Part shown: positions 1-10,625 of the stretch, one piece after another
How the letters are laid out: the number at the start of each line of letters is the position of its first letter
How positions within the stretch are numbered: the stretch's first letter is position 1
Source of the DNA: Armatimonadota bacterium
GTDB lineage: Bacteria; Armatimonadota; SYMT01
Assembly: GCA_046292385.1 (NCBI GenBank)
Contig: JBKBRF010000007.1
Location: 112,738 to 176,737 of the forward strand
DNA: 64,000 nucleotides
Reading direction: 5' to 3'
Translations under genes and position numbers: made by a program
Notes under the pieces: model-generated
What the model was told of the DNA's origin: nothing
Databases searched by the model: none
Seen by the model: only the letters and a program-made list of their open reading frames with translations

Positions 1-166
<166 letters not shown>

Positions 167-167
<1 letters not shown>

Positions 168-322
168 AGGGGGTAGGGTTTAGGGTCTAGGGTGTAGGGC
201 CTTGAAGTGCAGAGGGCGGAGTTCGGAGTGCGGAATTCAAACCCTGTGCACGAGGGGTTCGGTCCTCTGCACTCCGTTCTCTGCACTCCGAACTCAGTGA
301 GCCCCTGATCCCTGACACCTGG
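167..322. repeat. Intergenic composite of short tandem repeats: (TAGGGNN)x5, a GAGTGCG-type heptamer inverted pair, CCTGA-type heptamers
   Basis: TAGGGGG/TAGGGTT/TAGGGTC/TAGGGTG/TAGGG at 167-199; agtgcagagggcggagttcggagtgcgga (~206-234) faces ctctgcactccgttctctgcactccgaactc (~265-295). Confidence 0.8.
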
Positions 323-2824
323 TTAGTCGACGTACATGAACTCGTTCGTGTTGAGCAGCACCAGGCAGAGCTGGGGCATGCCGTGCGCGGCGGCGAAGGC
401 TTCTCCTTCTCTTTGCTCTTCCGGGCTCGGGGCGCGGCCGAACGCCTGGCGGTAGGCGCGGGCGACCTGCGCCTTGCGGTCCCCCGGCGCCTCTCGCTCG
501 AGCCGCTCCGCCCACTTGCCGGCGCTGCGCTCCATGAAGACGTTGTTCAAGAGCGAGAGCGCCTGCAGCGGGGTGGTGGTCACGGTACGCCGCGGCGTCG
601 CGACCGAGGGGTCGGGGCAATCGAGCGTGTCGAGGAACGGGTTGGTTCCGGCCCGCACCAGCGTGCGGTAGAGCGTCCGGCGGTTGAATTCCGGCCCCTC
701 TTTGTCCACGACGGTGTAGAGCTCATTCTCTCCCTGGCTCTTGGAGGTCCAGTCCCGGAAGCCGGGCCCGCCGATCGCCGGGTTCAGCTCTCCGGAGATC
801 GCCAGCACCGCGTCCCGCACCGCCTCGGCCTCCAGCCGCCGCGGGTTCTGCCGCCAGAGCAGCCGGTTCTCGGCGTCCTTCTTCAGCGCGGACGCCACCG
901 GCCGCGACGCCTGCCGGTAGGTGTTGCTCGTCAGGATCAGGCGGTGGAGCGGCTTCAATCGCCACGCTAGCCCTCCGGGCTGTGACGGAGAGACAGAGGG
1001 ACGGAGAGACGGAGAGAGCTTAGCTCCGGTAGCGGAGCTCGCTTCACGCGTGGCAGCGGTTCGGACTCCCCCTGTCGCTCTGTCCCTCTGTCTCTCCGTC
1101 GCCTCCACGTCAGCAGCAGCCGGCGCCGCAAACACAGAAGCCAGGTAGTCGAGCAGCTCCGGGTGCGACGGCAGCCCGCCGTTGAAGCCGAAGTCGCTGG
1201 GGGTGACGACCAGCCCCTGCCCAAAGTGGTAGCCCCAGACGCGGTTCACCATCACCCGCGCCGTGAGCGGATTGTCCGGGTGGGTCACCCACGCCGCCAG
1301 CGCCTTGCGGCGGGCCGCTTCGGGGGCATCCTGCTTCAGGCCCCACTCGGGAGAAAGGCCTGCCAGGGAGGCGATGCCGCCGGGGGCCACCGGCTCCCGC
1401 TTCTCGCGGAAGTCGCCGCGGGCGAGGATGTGCACCACGCCCGGGTCCTTCGGAACCGTCACGTGAGCGGGGCCGCCGGCGAGGAGCCGCGCGCGGCTCT
1501 CGAGCCGTCCCAGCTCCGCGGCTAGCTGTCGCCGCTCCGGCGCGGCGTCCGCGGGGAGCGCCTCCAGCCGCTGCTTCACGCCGGCGACCTGCTTCTCCAG
1601 CTCCTGCCGCTGCCGCTCCGCCTCCGCCCGGCCGCCGGGGGAGAGGCTCTCCCGCTCGTCGCCGTGGTAGGTGCCGCCCAGCGCGGCGGCCAGCCGGTAG
1701 TAGTCGCGGGCGGGGATCGGGTCGAACTTGTGGTCGTGGCAGCGGGCGCAGTTGGCGGTGAGACCCAGGAAAGTCTGGCTGACGGTGCCGACCAGCCCCT
1801 CCAGCTCCTCTTCCCGCGCGGCGGCCCGCATCATCGCCGTGCCGGTGGTGTAGGCGGTCAGGTCGTACGGCCCCATCACCAGGAAGCCGCTGGCGATCAC
1901 CGCGAGCGGATCGTCCGGGCGGAGGAGGTCGCCGGCGAGCTGCAGGCGGACGAACTCGTCGTACGGGAGATCGCTGTTCAGCGCCTCGACCACCCAGTCG
2001 CGGTACTTCCAGGCGTTCGGGCGCAGCTTGTTCCGCTCGAAGCCCTGCGACTCGCCGAAGCGGATCACGTCGAGCCAGTGGCGCGCCCACCGCTCCCCGT
2101 AGTGCGGGGAGGCGAGGACGCGGTCGACCAGCCGCTCGTAGGCCGCGGGCGCACGGTCCGCGACGAAGGCGTCGACCTCTTCCGGCGTGGGCGGCAGGCC
2201 GAGCACGTCGAGGTAGAGGCGCCGGATCAGCGCCACGCGGTCGGCGGGCGGCGACGGCTTCAGACCCGCCTTCTCCAGCCGGGCCAGGACGAAGCGGTCG
2301 ATCGGGTTCACCACCCACGCCGGGCGCTTGACCGGGGGCAGCTCCGGACGGCGCACCGGCTGCAGCGACCACCAGTCGTACCCCGCGCGCCGCTCCGAGG
2401 AGTAGCGGAACGGGTCGATCGGGTCGGTACCCCACGCGGCGCCGGCGGTCAGCCAGTCCCGCAGCAGCTTCTTCTTCTCCGCGGAGAGCGGCTTGCCGGG
2501 CGGCATCTCGCCGGCGCTGACCCGCTTCCAGACCCAGCTTGCCTCCGGCTTCCCCGGCACCACGGCGGGACCGCGCTTGCCCCCGGCCTTCGCGGACGCC
2601 AGCGTGGAGAGGTCGAGACCCCCCTGCTTGCTGGCGGCGTCGTGGCAGCTCAGGCACTCACGCGCGAGGATCGGCGCCACCTGGGAGTCGAACTTCCGGG
2701 CCGCCGCGGAGGGCCCTGCCTGCCCGAGTGCGCCCGCCGCGCCCAGCGTCAGCAGCGCGAGCGCAGAGGCCGCAGCGCGGGCTACGGCAGCGGGTCGGGG
2801 CGTGGATAGTGAATGGGTGCGCAC
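323..2824 (-). CDS. PSD1 and planctomycete cytochrome c domain protein (PSCyt1-DUF1549-DUF1553)
   Basis: CLSCH and CARCHDHKFDPI heme motifs; YGERWARHWLD, NPLTARVMVNRVW, RRLEAEAVRDA, TPLQALSLLN. Confidence 0.92.
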   Translation of the reverse strand: MRTHSLSTPRPAAVARAAASALALLTLGAAGALGQAGPSAAARKFDSQVAPILARECLSCHDAASKQGGLDLSTLASAKAGGKRGPAVVPGKPEASWVWKRVSAGEMPPGKPLSAEKKKLLRDWLTAGAAWGTDPIDPFRYSSERRAGYDWWSLQPVRRPELPPVKRPAWVVNPIDRFVLARLEKAGLKPSPPADRVALIRRLYLDVLGLPPTPEEVDAFVADRAPAAYERLVDRVLASPHYGERWARHWLDVIRFGESQGFERNKLRPNAWKYRDWVVEALNSDLPYDEFVRLQLAGDLLRPDDPLAVIASGFLVMGPYDLTAYTTGTAMMRAAAREEELEGLVGTVSQTFLGLTANCARCHDHKFDPIPARDYYRLAAALGGTYHGDERESLSPGGRAEAERQRQELEKQVAGVKQRLEALPADAAPERRQLAAELGRLESRARLLAGGPAHVTVPKDPGVVHILARGDFREKREPVAPGGIASLAGLSPEWGLKQDAPEAARRKALAAWVTHPDNPLTARVMVNRVWGYHFGQGLVVTPSDFGFNGGLPSHPELLDYLASVFAAPAAADVEATERQRDRATGGVRTAATREASSATGAKLSPSLRPSVSPSQPGGLAWRLKPLHRLILTSNTYRQASRPVASALKKDAENRLLWRQNPRRLEAEAVRDAVLAISGELNPAIGGPGFRDWTSKSQGENELYTVVDKEGPEFNRRTLYRTLVRAGTNPFLDTLDCPDPSVATPRRTVTTTPLQALSLLNNVFMERSAGKWAERLEREAPGDRKAQVARAYRQAFGRAPSPEEQREGEAFAAAHGMPQLCLVLLNTNEFMYVD
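984..1101. repeat. In-frame octamer-repeat palindrome inside the DUF1553 domain
   Basis: (GACRGAGR)x4 at 984-1017 faces (CTCYGTCN)x4 at ~1069-1101. Confidence 0.85.
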
Positions 2825-2934
2825 GCTTCTTTAGCGACTGTCGGCGCGCCGGAGTTCCTTCTGCTTTTGTTGCAGAAGGCGCTTCCTCACCGAACGCGCA
2901 CCTCATACAGGGTGCGCGTTCGATGAGGTCAGCA

Positions 2935-4401
2935 CTAGAGCTTCTCCGGCACCGTGAACGGCTTGCGGTACTCCCGGCTCAGGAGCGCATTTGCTTCCTT
3001 GTTGTTGGTGAACTTCTCGCGCTTCGGATCCATCGTCAGCCACGGGCCGAGGGTCGCCTGCGTGCTGTCGAGGCTCACGCCGTTGCGGGCGAGGTGCTCC
3101 CGCATCGCCTCGAAGCGCTCGGCGGCGAACGCGTCGCTCTTGATGCTCTCCCGGATCTCCTCCGTGGAGGCGCGCTTGCCGAGCAGGTGGGAGATCATGC
3201 CGGTGTGGCAGAGGGCGCTGGAGAGGTGGGTCTCCTCGCTCTCCGCCGTCAGGAGCTCCCGCTTGCGGGCGCGCACCGCCTCGATGAAGTTCGCCATGTG
3301 GCCCTTCGACTCGAAGGCCGGCTGGAACTCCTGGATCTTCTTGCCGCTGCGGTCGTAGGCCACCGGGTTGCCGCCGACCACCACCTTGCCGCCCTCGCAG
3401 TCGACGACGACGCTGATCCCGCCCGCGCCGGGGAAGAGCTCCGGCTCATCCATGTTCTTGCTCCAGAGCGACGGGTCGTGGAACTCCTTGCTCCTGGGCA
3501 GGCCGCGCGTCTCGAAGATGAGCGGCGCCTCGTCGTAGTCGTGATAGACCACCTGCGTGTTCGGCGTCTCGCCGTCGTCGTCGTAGCCGAGGCGGCCGCC
3601 GACGCTCATCACGCGCGGGGAGAGCTCCTTCACGCCGAGGAACCAGCGGGCCACGTCCATCTGGTGGATGCCCTGGTTGCCCATGTCGCCGTTGCCGGTG
3701 TCGTAGACCCAGTGCCAATCGTAGTGGAGGTTCTTGCGGGCGAGCGGCTTCATCGGCGCGGGACCGGTCCAGAGGTTGTAATCGAGGCCCGCCGGGATCT
3801 CGCCGTGGCCCACCTTGCCGATCGACATGCGCGGCTTGAAGCAGTAGCCGGTGACGGAGCGGATCTTGCCCAGGTTGCCGGCGCGGACCCAGTCCACGGC
3901 GGCCTGGATGCGGCCGTTGCTGCGGTTCTGCGTGCCGCCCGCCACGATCCGGCCGTGCTTGCGGGCCGCCTTCACGAGCTGCCGCCCTTCCCAGACGTTG
4001 TGGGAGATCGGCTTCTCGATGTAGGAGTCTTTGCCCGCCTGGCAGGCCCAGACCCCGATCAGCGAGTGCCAGTGGTTCGGGGTCGCCGTGGTGATGACGT
4101 CGATGTCCTTACGGTCGAGCACGTGGCGCACGTCGGCGTAGGTATCGACCGAGATGTTCTTCTTCGCCAGCGCTTCCTTGCCGCGGGCGAGCACCGCCGG
4201 GTCGAGGTCGCAGAGCGCCACGAGCCGGACGCCGGGCAGGTTGATCAAGTCGTCGATGTGGCTTTGACCGCGGGACTTGAACCCGATCACGGCGGCACGG
4301 ATCTCCTCGTTCGCCCCGAGGACACGGCCGGGCGCCAGGGTCACGGCGGCGCCGGTGAGCAGGCTTCCGGTGAGGAAGTGACGGCGGTTGAGCTGCGGCA
4401 T
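2935..4401 (-). CDS. Tat-exported Gfo/Idh/MocA oxidoreductase
   Basis: Start MPQLNRRHFL with AGGAGG SD; ATPNHWH, YIEKP, GTQNRS, GDMGNQGIHQMD. Confidence 0.92.
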   Translation of the reverse strand: MPQLNRRHFLTGSLLTGAAVTLAPGRVLGANEEIRAAVIGFKSRGQSHIDDLINLPGVRLVALCDLDPAVLARGKEALAKKNISVDTYADVRHVLDRKDIDVITTATPNHWHSLIGVWACQAGKDSYIEKPISHNVWEGRQLVKAARKHGRIVAGGTQNRSNGRIQAAVDWVRAGNLGKIRSVTGYCFKPRMSIGKVGHGEIPAGLDYNLWTGPAPMKPLARKNLHYDWHWVYDTGNGDMGNQGIHQMDVARWFLGVKELSPRVMSVGGRLGYDDDGETPNTQVVYHDYDEAPLIFETRGLPRSKEFHDPSLWSKNMDEPELFPGAGGISVVVDCEGGKVVVGGNPVAYDRSGKKIQEFQPAFESKGHMANFIEAVRARKRELLTAESEETHLSSALCHTGMISHLLGKRASTEEIRESIKSDAFAAERFEAMREHLARNGVSLDSTQATLGPWLTMDPKREKFTNNKEANALLSREYRKPFTVPEKL

Positions 4402-4533
4402 GGATACCTCCTGGGCGCCGGCAGGGTGGAGGGCGCGGCGCAACGCGGTAGACGCCTCCCACGGAACGGGATGCTGAGTCTCTCTTCCCTCTCTGTCCCC
4501 GGGAGCCCTACCGTAGTTTCAAGAGGAAAGCCC

Positions 4534-4678
4534 GGAGAAGGAAGATGAAAGAGACGAGCGGGCGCTCGGCCCTCCCCCGTGGTGAAGCCGCTCACGTCCC
4601 GTAGCCTTCTTCCTTGAGCCTTCTGCCCCCGTTCGGGGGGTGAACCTTTAGCCTTTTGCCTTCAGCCTTTAGCCTTTA
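4534..4678. repeat. Intergenic heptamer repeats (TAGCCTT-type) with a purine-rich upstream counterpart
   Basis: tagccttcttccttgagccttctgcc (~4602-4627) and aacctttagccttttgccttcagcctttagccttt (~4643-4677). Confidence 0.7.
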
Positions 4679-4683
4679 AGTAG

Positions 4684-5847
4684 ATGTCCGCCGACTCCAC
4701 TTCCCGCACGCTCATCACGCTCGCGCTCCTGGCGGTGCTCGCCGGCTGTATCTGGCTGGTGCGGGACGTGCTGCCGCCGTTCCTGATCGCGCTGGCGCTC
4801 ACGCTGCTGCTCGACCCGGTGCTCGACCGGATGGAGCGCTGGGGGCTCCCCCGCTGGGCGGCGGTGACGCTCACCTTCGGCGGCTTCCTGGCGGTCTTCT
4901 TCGGGGTGGTGGCGTTCCTCGTCCCGCGCGCCGCCGCCCAGATCGGGGACCTGATCCACAACTGGAGCACCTACGACGCCCGGCTGGGGGAGGTGGTGGA
5001 CGGCTGGACGCACGAGAACGCCGAGCTGCTCCGGCAGTTCAACCTGCCGCCGACCGCCGCGGAGTTCTGGCAGCGGTACCAGGGGGAGATCGGCGCCTAC
5101 CTGCAGGGGCTGCTCCAGCACGCCTTCGTGACGCTCCAGGCCTCCGCGGCGCTGCTGGGGTGGATCGTGGTGGTGCCGATCGTCACGCTCTACCTGATGA
5201 TGGACATCGACCGCCTCCGGGCGCGGCTCTGCTACCTGGTGCCGGACGCGCAGCGGGAGACGGTGGTGACGCTCTGCAGCCGCGTGGGCGGCGTCTTCGC
5301 GGCCTACCTGCGCGGGCTGGTGATGGTGAGCGCTTCGTACGGGTTGCTGCTCTACCTGGTGCTGGCTCTCGGCTTCCGCCTGGAGTACGCGCTGATCCTG
5401 GGGCTGGCCGGCGGCTTCCTTTACGTGGTTCCGTACCTGGGACAGCTCGTGGTGCTCGCCACCACCTGCATCGTGGCGTGGACCACCGGCCATTCCGGAG
5501 GGTACGTGCTGGGAGTCGGCGCCGCGGTGGTGGCGGTCGGGCAGCTTTTCGACCAGCTCGTCACGCCGCGAGTAATCGGGCAGCAGGTGGGGCTCCACCC
5601 GGTGATCGGGCTCTTCGCGCTGATGGTGGGCGGGCAGCTCTTCGGCCTTTCCGGCATGGTGATCGCCGTGCCAGTAGCCGCGGCGGCGCGCGTGGTGCTG
5701 ATCCACCTCTTCCCCCGCCTGGCCGAGCCGATTCCGCCGTCTGCTTCCACCTCCGGCGTAGAAGCGGAAGAGCCGGGTGCCGTCTCCTACACGATGCGCG
5801 GCGTCACTCCGATCACCACCGCACCGGTCCAGGAGCAGGAGGAGTGA
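4684..5847 (+). CDS. AI-2E (PerM) family transporter
   Basis: Multiple TM segments; PFLIALALTLLLDP, YLRG, VPYLG, PRVIGQQVGLHP. Confidence 0.92.
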   Translation: MSADSTSRTLITLALLAVLAGCIWLVRDVLPPFLIALALTLLLDPVLDRMERWGLPRWAAVTLTFGGFLAVFFGVVAFLVPRAAAQIGDLIHNWSTYDARLGEVVDGWTHENAELLRQFNLPPTAAEFWQRYQGEIGAYLQGLLQHAFVTLQASAALLGWIVVVPIVTLYLMMDIDRLRARLCYLVPDAQRETVVTLCSRVGGVFAAYLRGLVMVSASYGLLLYLVLALGFRLEYALILGLAGGFLYVVPYLGQLVVLATTCIVAWTTGHSGGYVLGVGAAVVAVGQLFDQLVTPRVIGQQVGLHPVIGLFALMVGGQLFGLSGMVIAVPVAAAARVVLIHLFPRLAEPIPPSASTSGVEAEEPGAVSYTMRGVTPITTAPVQEQEE

Positions 5848-5890
5848 CGGATTAGGGGTCAGCCCGTTACCAACCCGAGCGCAGGGTCCC

Positions 5891-6577
5891 TCATGGCTCC
5901 CCGGTCGCAGCCGCTGCCTCCGTGATCTTGCCGTCCGCCATCCGGAGGCGACGCTGCGCTCCGGCCGCCAGGACGTCGTTGTGCGTCACGACGATCACCG
6001 TGAGCCCGCCCTGGTGCAGGGTCTTCAGCAGCTCGATGACGGAGCCGCCCGTCGCCGAATCGAGGTTGCCCGTCGGCTCGTCGGCCAGGAGGAGCCGGGG
6101 CTCGTTCACGAGTGCCCGCGCGATCGCGACCCGCTGCATCTCGCCGCCGGAGAGCTGGTTCGGACGGTGGTCGCGCCGGTGCTCCAGCCCCACCCGCTGG
6201 AGCAGATCGTCCACCCGCTTCTTCGCGCGCCGGCGCGCGAAGAGCGCCGGGAGCGCGATGTTCTCCGCCACGGTCAGGCTGGGGATCAGCCCGAAGTGTT
6301 GGAAGACGAAGCCGATGCGCTCCCGGCGGAGACGGGTCAGCGCGCGGTCCGTGAGCCGGCGGGTCTCCTCGCCTTCAAGGCGGAGCTCGCCGGAGGTCGG
6401 CACGTCGAGGCAGCCCAGCAGGTTCAGGAGGGTCGTCTTCCCGGAGCCGGATGGTCCCACCACGGCGACGAGCTCGCCCGGCAGGATCTCGAAGCTGACG
6501 CCGTCCAGCGCCCGCACCTGCTCCGTGCCTCGCCGGTAGACTTTCGTCAGCTCGCGGGCCTGAACTACCGGTGTCAT
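5891..6577 (-). CDS. ABC transporter ATP-binding protein (LolD/MacB type)
   Basis: [37 protein letters not shown] overlap with the upstream permease. Confidence 0.95.
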   Translation of the reverse strand: MTPVVQARELTKVYRRGTEQVRALDGVSFEILPGELVAVVGPSGSGKTTLLNLLGCLDVPTSGELRLEGEETRRLTDRALTRLRRERIGFVFQHFGLIPSLTVAENIALPALFARRRAKKRVDDLLQRVGLEHRRDHRPNQLSGGEMQRVAIARALVNEPRLLLADEPTGNLDSATGGSVIELLKTLHQGGLTVIVVTHNDVLAAGAQRRLRMADGKITEAAAATGEP

Positions 6578-7752
6578 TCCGCCGCTCCTCCGCGGATCGC
6601 TTCCATCGGCACCAGTCGCGCGGCGCGCCAGGACGGCAGCAGCCCCGCCAGGGTGCCGACCACCAGCACTGCCCCCAGGCAGGCAGCGGCAACCCACCAC
6701 TCCCAGCGGATCAACGGGTCGGTCGGTGCGAACGGCAGGCGGGCACGAAGCCACGCTTCCACGCCCTGGGCGCCCGCGAAGGCGATCAGGATCCCGAGCG
6801 CGCCGCCTGCCGCGCAGACCTGCAGTGTCTCCAGCCAGAAGAGCCGGAAGACGTCTCCGGTCGAGGCCCCGAGGGCCCGCAGCGTCCCGATCTCCTGCGT
6901 CCGCTCCAGCACCGCCATGAACATCGTGTTGCTGACGCCCGCGCCCGCGATCAGGAGCGCCACCAGCACGACCGATCCGAGGAGCAGGCGGGTCGAATTC
7001 ACCAGGCCCTGGATGGTGCGGAAGAGATGCGTCAGCGGGATCACGTTCATCTCGCCGGCGGAGCCGCAGCTCCGCATCTCCGCGATCGCCTGGTCCAGCT
7101 GGTCCGGGTCCCGCAGCCGGACCAGGATGTGGGTGAGAGAATCGCTGCGCCGGAAGATCCGCTGGGCATCCGCCAGCGGCATGTAGATGAAGGTGTCGTC
7201 CGCGCCTCCGGTCGGCTCCAGCACCCCGGCGACGGTCCCCTTCTCCCCTTCCAACCCCGGCAGCGGAACGGAATCTCCGAGGGCCCACTTCCGCTTCGCG
7301 GCCACGTCGGCGCCGATGAGCAGCTCCCCGGCGCGTTCGGCCGGCCGGCCGCGGAGACGCCAGCCTTTCTTTAGCGCGAAGATCTCTGCCGTAACGCCGG
7401 AGTAGACGCACTGCTCGCCCGCGGGATCGTAGACGGCGGACATGAATACCGGGGCCGCTTGCCCCACCGTGCGTAAGGCCGCCACCTCGCCCAGGTAATC
7501 CGACTTGAGGTAGCAGGGCCAGCGCGCTCCGTGAAGCGCAATGGAGGCCGCGTCGTACGGGCAGCCTTTCGGCACCACGAGGATGTGCGCGCCGAGGCGG
7601 TCCAGCTCACCGGAGATCCCGCGGGTATACCCCCGCTGGAAGGCGAGCAGGCTGAAGAGTGCCGCGACGGCGACCGCCACTCCGGTGATGGTGAGCAGCG
7701 TCCGCGGCCACCGGCGGCTGCTGTTGCGAAGGGCGAGCCCAAACCAGGTCAT
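6574..7752 (-). CDS. ABC transporter permease (MacB/FtsX family)
   Basis: RTLLTITGVAVAV; ERTQEIGTLRALGAS; PKGCPYDAA motif. Confidence 0.92.
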   Translation of the reverse strand: MTWFGLALRNSSRRWPRTLLTITGVAVAVAALFSLLAFQRGYTRGISGELDRLGAHILVVPKGCPYDAASIALHGARWPCYLKSDYLGEVAALRTVGQAAPVFMSAVYDPAGEQCVYSGVTAEIFALKKGWRLRGRPAERAGELLIGADVAAKRKWALGDSVPLPGLEGEKGTVAGVLEPTGGADDTFIYMPLADAQRIFRRSDSLTHILVRLRDPDQLDQAIAEMRSCGSAGEMNVIPLTHLFRTIQGLVNSTRLLLGSVVLVALLIAGAGVSNTMFMAVLERTQEIGTLRALGASTGDVFRLFWLETLQVCAAGGALGILIAFAGAQGVEAWLRARLPFAPTDPLIRWEWWVAAACLGAVLVVGTLAGLLPSWRAARLVPMEAIRGGAAE

Positions 7753-8909
7753 ACGCCTCTCATCGCGCGGGCCGGCGCGGCGGACGACGCACGCCAGGCC
7801 GGCAGGATCCCGGCGCCCAGGCCCACGCCAAGCCCCACCCCCGCGCCGGAAAGAAGGGCGGAAGGCCCCAGCGCCATCAGTCCCGCGGCGGGTGCGAGCG
7901 GGACCCAGCCGCGGATGAGGTTCTGCACCAGCTCCCCGGCCATCAGGGCGAGGAGCAGTCCCAGAACGGTGGCCGAGAGCGAGAGCAGCAGGGCCTCCAG
8001 CGCTACCAGCCCGAAGATCTGTGCCCGCGAAGCGCCGACGGCCCGCATGAGCGTCAGCTCCGGCAGCTGTTCCAGCACGCTCGCCAGCATCGTGTTGAAC
8101 ACGCCCAGCGTACTGGCCGCCACCGCCACCAGCGCGATTGCCGCGACCAGCGTACGCACGGCGCCCACCAGGTTGAGGAACGCCCCCATCATCTCGGTGA
8201 GCGTCACCACCTGTGCGCCGGATACCTGCTGGAGCCGCTCCGTCGCCTCCGCCGCCAGCGCGGGGTCGCGCAGGCGGATGGCGACCGCCGTCAGGCGGCC
8301 TTCCTGCCGGAACATCTCCTGGGCACTCTTCAGCGGAATGAAGAAGAGGCTGTCGTCACTCGTGCCGCTTCGCTGCAGGACTCCCGTGACCTCGAAGGTC
8401 CGTCCGGTCTCCGGCGAGTGCAGCCGGTCCCCCGGCGCGCGCATCTCCACGGAGGCCGCTTCCGCGCCCAGGATGACCGAGTCCGCCCCGGAGAAGGTGC
8501 CGCCTCCCGCCTCGGGCCGCCACCAAGGGCGCAGCTTCAAAGCCTCCGCGTCGATCCCGGCCCACATGTCGGTCCGGCCCTCCTCCGGGCGAGGGACCGC
8601 CGCGAGCAGCATCGGCGCCGCCACCGCCACCGCGGGGTCGCGCCGGACCGCCGCCAGGGCGGCTTCGGGGAGGGAGTACTCCAGGCGCTGGCCCTTCAGG
8701 ACGCGCGCCGCGGCGTCGTAAGGGCAGCCGAGCGGCACGAGCATCATCTGCACGCCCATGCGGTCCAGCTCGGAGCGGAGCCCCGCCCGGTAGCCCTCGC
8801 CAAACGCCGTCACGGCGGCCATCACGGCGATCGCCAGCGCCAGGCCAAAGACCGTGAGCGCCGTCCGCAGCGGTCGCCGCACCAGGTTGCGCAACGCAAG
8901 GTGGAGCAT
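7749..8909 (-). CDS. ABC transporter permease (MacB/FtsX family)
   Basis: LALRNLVRRPLRTALT; LMRAVGAS; PLGCPYDAA motif. Confidence 0.92.
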   Translation of the reverse strand: MLHLALRNLVRRPLRTALTVFGLALAIAVMAAVTAFGEGYRAGLRSELDRMGVQMMLVPLGCPYDAAARVLKGQRLEYSLPEAALAAVRRDPAVAVAAPMLLAAVPRPEEGRTDMWAGIDAEALKLRPWWRPEAGGGTFSGADSVILGAEAASVEMRAPGDRLHSPETGRTFEVTGVLQRSGTSDDSLFFIPLKSAQEMFRQEGRLTAVAIRLRDPALAAEATERLQQVSGAQVVTLTEMMGAFLNLVGAVRTLVAAIALVAVAASTLGVFNTMLASVLEQLPELTLMRAVGASRAQIFGLVALEALLLSLSATVLGLLLALMAGELVQNLIRGWVPLAPAAGLMALGPSALLSGAGVGLGVGLGAGILPAWRASSAAPARAMRGV

Positions 8910-8910
8910 G

Positions 8911-9564
8911 TCAGTGGTGCTTTTCGAGCCCTACCGGGATTCCGTTCGCCTCGGCAATCTCCAACACGATCAGCGCGCTGCGCACCGCTTCCACGATCTG
9001 GCGAGCGGTCTCTCGCGCCGGCTCCGGCACGGCGAGCGGGCTCCGGTCCATGCTCCAGTCGGAAGCCGCCGTTCTGCCCCTGAAGGCCGCCAGCCACTCC
9101 GATCCGAGCAGGCTCGCCACCCGCTCCGGCTCCCGGTGGCGTTGCAAGCGGATTCCGCGGAGCTTGCCATCCGGCGCGACCGCGACCACCACCTCCACCG
9201 CGCCCCCACTGCCGCGGACGCGGCGCAGCAGCACCACGCCGAGGCGGCGCCGGCCCTGGAGGACGCGGTGCAGCACGGCCAGGTGCTCCTCCGCGGTCGG
9301 CTGGCGTCCCAGGCGGCGGATGAGGGTGAGGCGCTCGCCGCTCAGGATACGGACTTCCTCGCGGTGCGCGTTCGCGCCCGGGAAGAACCGGAGCAGGTCT
9401 GCCTCCGGCTCACGCCACGGGACCGGATCCGGGATCCGCGCAGGGCCGCCGGGGGTGCGCATCTCGGGGAGCTCCGGCGCCCGGAAGAGGAGAAGGACGC
9501 CGGCAGCGAGCGCGATTCCCGTCACGAGGACGACGAGCGACGCCTGGATGATGCGGCTCCTCAC
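8911..9564 (-). CDS. Membrane-anchored protein, FMN-binding-domain-like
   Basis: N-terminal TM; VRGSGGAVEVVVAVAPDGKLRGIRLQRHREP resembles RnfG/FMN_bind-type domains; GTG start at 9564 chosen just after the upstream stop. Confidence 0.6.
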   Translation of the reverse strand: MRSRIIQASLVVLVTGIALAAGVLLLFRAPELPEMRTPGGPARIPDPVPWREPEADLLRFFPGANAHREEVRILSGERLTLIRRLGRQPTAEEHLAVLHRVLQGRRRLGVVLLRRVRGSGGAVEVVVAVAPDGKLRGIRLQRHREPERVASLLGSEWLAAFRGRTAASDWSMDRSPLAVPEPARETARQIVEAVRSALIVLEIAEANGIPVGLEKHH

Positions 9565-9565
9565 G

Positions 9566-9922
9566 TCAGTAGCGGAGTCCTGTCGCCTCGAGCTGCGGCT
9601 CACCGTCGGAAACCTTGATCCGCCCCGCCACGGTGACGTGAGTCTTTAGCGGGACGTCCAGCACCACGAAACCGGCATTCTTCGTGTCGACGCGGATGAT
9701 CCCGCTCTGGTCGCGAACCTCGAACCAGCAACCGGCCACCGGGCATTTCTCCACCATCTCGCCGGCCAGCATCAGGGACGTGCCGGACGCCGCTTTCCGC
9801 GCGGTGCCCACGGTCGCGGGATCGCCGGATGGCGCGTTCCCGAGGGTGCGCGCCTCCTGCGGCGCGCACCCGCCGACGAAGCTGGAGAATACCAGGATTG
9901 CAAGCAGAAGCCGGTCTTTCAT
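9566..9922 (-). CDS. Lipoprotein, OB-fold-like, with CxxxxCW motif
   Basis: Lipobox-like VGGC; EKCPVAGCWF; VTVAGRI...QLEATGLRY. Confidence 0.7.
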   Translation of the reverse strand: MKDRLLLAILVFSSFVGGCAPQEARTLGNAPSGDPATVGTARKAASGTSLMLAGEMVEKCPVAGCWFEVRDQSGIIRVDTKNAGFVVLDVPLKTHVTVAGRIKVSDGEPQLEATGLRY

Positions 9923-10603
9923 CTAAGGAATCGGGATGAAGCCGCCGTTGCCGTCCGGAAGCGCGGGGATGGGGACGCACTGCTTCGCGATCTCGGATTC
10001 ACCCACCACTTTCGCGTGACCGTCACCGTAGTAAGCCACCCGTGCCGGATGGCCGGAGCGCCCCTGCAAGTACGCCAGTGCGTCCGGCGAGTGCCAGGGG
10101 AAGATCTCTGCGCCCATGTACGTCTCGGCAGGGGCGGGAATCGCCGACAGGCTGCGCACGCGGGTCGTGACTACGTTCAGGCAGTAGCTGCTCCCGTATC
10201 CTCCCAGGGCCGGCTCCCGCCACACCGGACCGCCGAGCGTCGGATCCGCCGCCAGGGCGGCGGGCACGCCGAAGTCGCTGGGGCAGCGGAACATCTGCTC
10301 GTTCTTGACATACGGGCGCGGGTAGTTGCGCCAGTCCATCGTGCGACACGGCTTGCAGGGGTAGCCGGGTCCCGCCTGCGGATCGGGATAGCGCGGTGGG
10401 AACTGCTCGTCGTAGTCCTGGACGTACTGCATGATCGCCATCCCGAGCTGGCGGACGTTCGAGATGCACTGGGTCTTGCGGGCCGACTCGCGCGCCCGCG
10501 CGAAGACCGGGAAGAGAATGGCGGCCAGTACCGCGATGATGGCGATGACGACGAGCAGCTCGATCAGCGTAAAGCCACTCGTGCGGGGTCTCCGGAAGCG
10601 CAT
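9923..10603 (-). CDS. Prepilin-type N-terminal cleavage/methylation domain protein (DUF1559)
   Basis: [48 protein letters not shown]. Confidence 0.92.
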   Translation of the reverse strand: MRFRRPRTSGFTLIELLVVIAIIAVLAAILFPVFARARESARKTQCISNVRQLGMAIMQYVQDYDEQFPPRYPDPQAGPGYPCKPCRTMDWRNYPRPYVKNEQMFRCPSDFGVPAALAADPTLGGPVWREPALGGYGSSYCLNVVTTRVRSLSAIPAPAETYMGAEIFPWHSPDALAYLQGRSGHPARVAYYGDGHAKVVGESEIAKQCVPIPALPDGNGGFIPIP

Positions 10604-10625
10604 GGGGATCTCCGATGATCAGCCT

